DNA of 26,789 bases, taken from positions 1 to 26,789 of the forward strand of contig JBDNIV010000014.1 in the NCBI GenBank assembly GCA_041688145.1, given 5' to 3'. The DNA comes from Chlamydiia bacterium. GTDB lineage: Bacteria; Chlamydiota; Chlamydiia; Chlamydiales; JAAKFQ01. Shown here piece after piece: positions 25,459 to 26,789 of the stretch. The translations under genes and the position numbers were made by a program. The notes below the pieces were generated by a model. The model was not told the origin of the DNA. It searched no databases and worked only from the letters and a program-made list of their open reading frames with translations. Within the stretch, counting starts at the first letter, position 1; each line of letters begins with the position of its first letter.

Positions 25459-26475
25459 TTAGAACTGACGCAAGAATCTCACATCATTTTCTAAAAAGAG
25501 TCTAATGTCTGAGACTTTAGAAAGAATCATCAGTAGCCGCTCTACACCAAGGCCCCATGCATACCCTGAATATTCTTCAGGATCAATGCCTCCATTTTTA
25601 AGCACCTCTGGATGAATCATCCCAGCGCCAAGAACCTCAAGCCAGCCCGTATCTTTACAAATGCGACATCCCGATCCCTTGCAGATCAAACATGTGACAT
25701 CAGCTTCTAAGCCAGGCTCTACAAATGGGAAATAACTCGGTCTAAAACGCACCTCAACATCTCCAAAAAGCTTTTTAAAAAAGAGTTTTAGAGTAGCTAA
25801 AAGATCTGCTAAGCTCACCCCTTTATCGACGTAAAAACCCTCGATCTGATGAAAAAGTACATGAGAGCGGACGCTTACATCTTCATTGCGATAGACCTTA
25901 CCTGGAGCAAACATACGAATAGGAGGTGAGTGATTTTGCAAAGATCTTAGCTGCACATTTGATGTATGAGTACGTAGTAAAAAAGAGTCTGAGAGCCAAA
26001 AAGTATCTTGCATATCACGAGCAGGATGGTCCTGCGCAAAATTGAGACCCGTAAAATTATAATGCTCTTCTTCTATCTGAGGACCAAGAGCCACTGAAAA
26101 ACCCATCGAATTAAATATATCGATGAGTCTATCCATAAAAGCTGTGATGGGATGAGCTTTGCCTTTTGGAGGCTTTTTACCTGGAAGGGTGACATCGAGC
26201 TTTTCAGCCTCCATTTGAGAGGCTACTTCGCTTTCGATTAAGAAATTTTTCTTCTGATCAATTTCTGAGAGGAAGCTTTGTTTAGCTAGATTTATCTTCT
26301 GACCGATTTCAGGACGCTGCGCAGGATCTACAGACTTCAGCTCCTGCATAAGAGCTTGAATAGAGCCTTTTTTTCCAAAATAGCGGACTCTTAGCTCTTC
26401 TAAATCTGAAGAGCTTTCAGCTAGGTCAAGCTCTCCTTGAAAGAGGCTTTGCAACTCTGCTATTTTTTCGTCCAC
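25459..26475 (-). CDS. pheS: Phenylalanine-tRNA ligase alpha subunit
   Basis: HPARDMQDTF, LRTHTS, FHQIEG, RPSYFPFVEPG, WLEVLGAGMIHP and GLGVERL. Confidence 0.99.
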   Translation of the reverse strand: MDEKIAELQSLFQGELDLAESSSDLEELRVRYFGKKGSIQALMQELKSVDPAQRPEIGQKINLAKQSFLSEIDQKKNFLIESEVASQMEAEKLDVTLPGKKPPKGKAHPITAFMDRLIDIFNSMGFSVALGPQIEEEHYNFTGLNFAQDHPARDMQDTFWLSDSFLLRTHTSNVQLRSLQNHSPPIRMFAPGKVYRNEDVSVRSHVLFHQIEGFYVDKGVSLADLLATLKLFFKKLFGDVEVRFRPSYFPFVEPGLEADVTCLICKGSGCRICKDTGWLEVLGAGMIHPEVLKNGGIDPEEYSGYAWGLGVERLLMILSKVSDIRLFLENDVRFLRQF

Positions 26476-26492
26476 GCTTAAGCGCCTGCCCT

Positions 26493-26789
26493 TTAGGCTG
26501 CAAGGCCTTTTTGAGAAATCTGAACAACACTAGCAAATCCCTGAGGGTCTTTGACAGCCATCTCAGCAAGTACCTTTCTATTTAAAAGGCTGCCTGCTCT
26601 TTTAAGTCCGCAAATAAACTTGCTATAAGATACCCCATGTATCTTTGTAGCAGCAGCTAAACGCATAATCCACAAGCTGCGGAAATCACGCTTTTTTTGC
26701 TTACGGTGAATGGTGTTGTAGCTCATTGCGCGTAAAACAGCATCTTTTGTGACACGCACGTGATTCTTGCGGTCTCCAAAATATCCTTT
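26493..26789 (-). CDS. rplT: 50S ribosomal protein L20 (partial; start is beyond the right edge)
   Basis: Frame is open to the window edge: KGYFGDRKNH...RKQKKRDFRSLWI.R...SYSKFI.GL...LNRKVLAEMA. Confidence 0.97.
   Translation of the reverse strand, partial: KGYFGDRKNHVRVTKDAVLRAMSYNTIHRKQKKRDFRSLWIMRLAAATKIHGVSYSKFICGLKRAGSLLNRKVLAEMAVKDPQGFASVVQISQKGLAA

Noticed and set aside
1..26789. CRISPR arrays, IS elements, prophage genes, rRNA or genetic-code reassignment
   Set aside because: No regularly spaced direct repeats, transposase, integrase or phage motifs seen. Conserved genes translate full-length in the standard code.

Overview
Compact, AT-rich bacterial chromosome window with no mobile element, CRISPR array or rRNA that I can see. 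The genes point to an environmental member of the Chlamydiota (inference). Evidence for that: the accA N-terminus, an L,D-transpeptidase next to accA, rplT-pheS with no following pheT, a DUF687-like hydrolase and a tRNA lacking encoded CCA. Core genes sit at both ends (accA partial, L,D-transpeptidase; pheS, rplT partial). Between them is a mosaic: suhB, a large CX5(R->K) phosphatase-like protein, MFS/EamA/NCS2/LysE transporters, a methyltransferase, three redox/Fe-S genes, a plant-type DapB, an RRM protein, a TpsB/TpsA two-partner secretion pair, a cyclophilin, a GT2/GT7 glycosyltransferase, an orphan, tRNA-Ser(TGA), a secreted two-domain NagZ and a 53-aa lipoprotein missing from the ORF track. 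The best candidates for undescribed biology are: a switchable structured RNA leader or sRNA upstream of the RRM gene; the SopB/INPP4-like P-loop protein abutting an inositol monophosphatase; the HMW1-type TPS adhesin with degenerate repeats; and a glutaredoxin with possible dual start sites. All family assignments come from motif recognition, not database searches. No complete novel multi-gene system is demonstrable from sequence alone.
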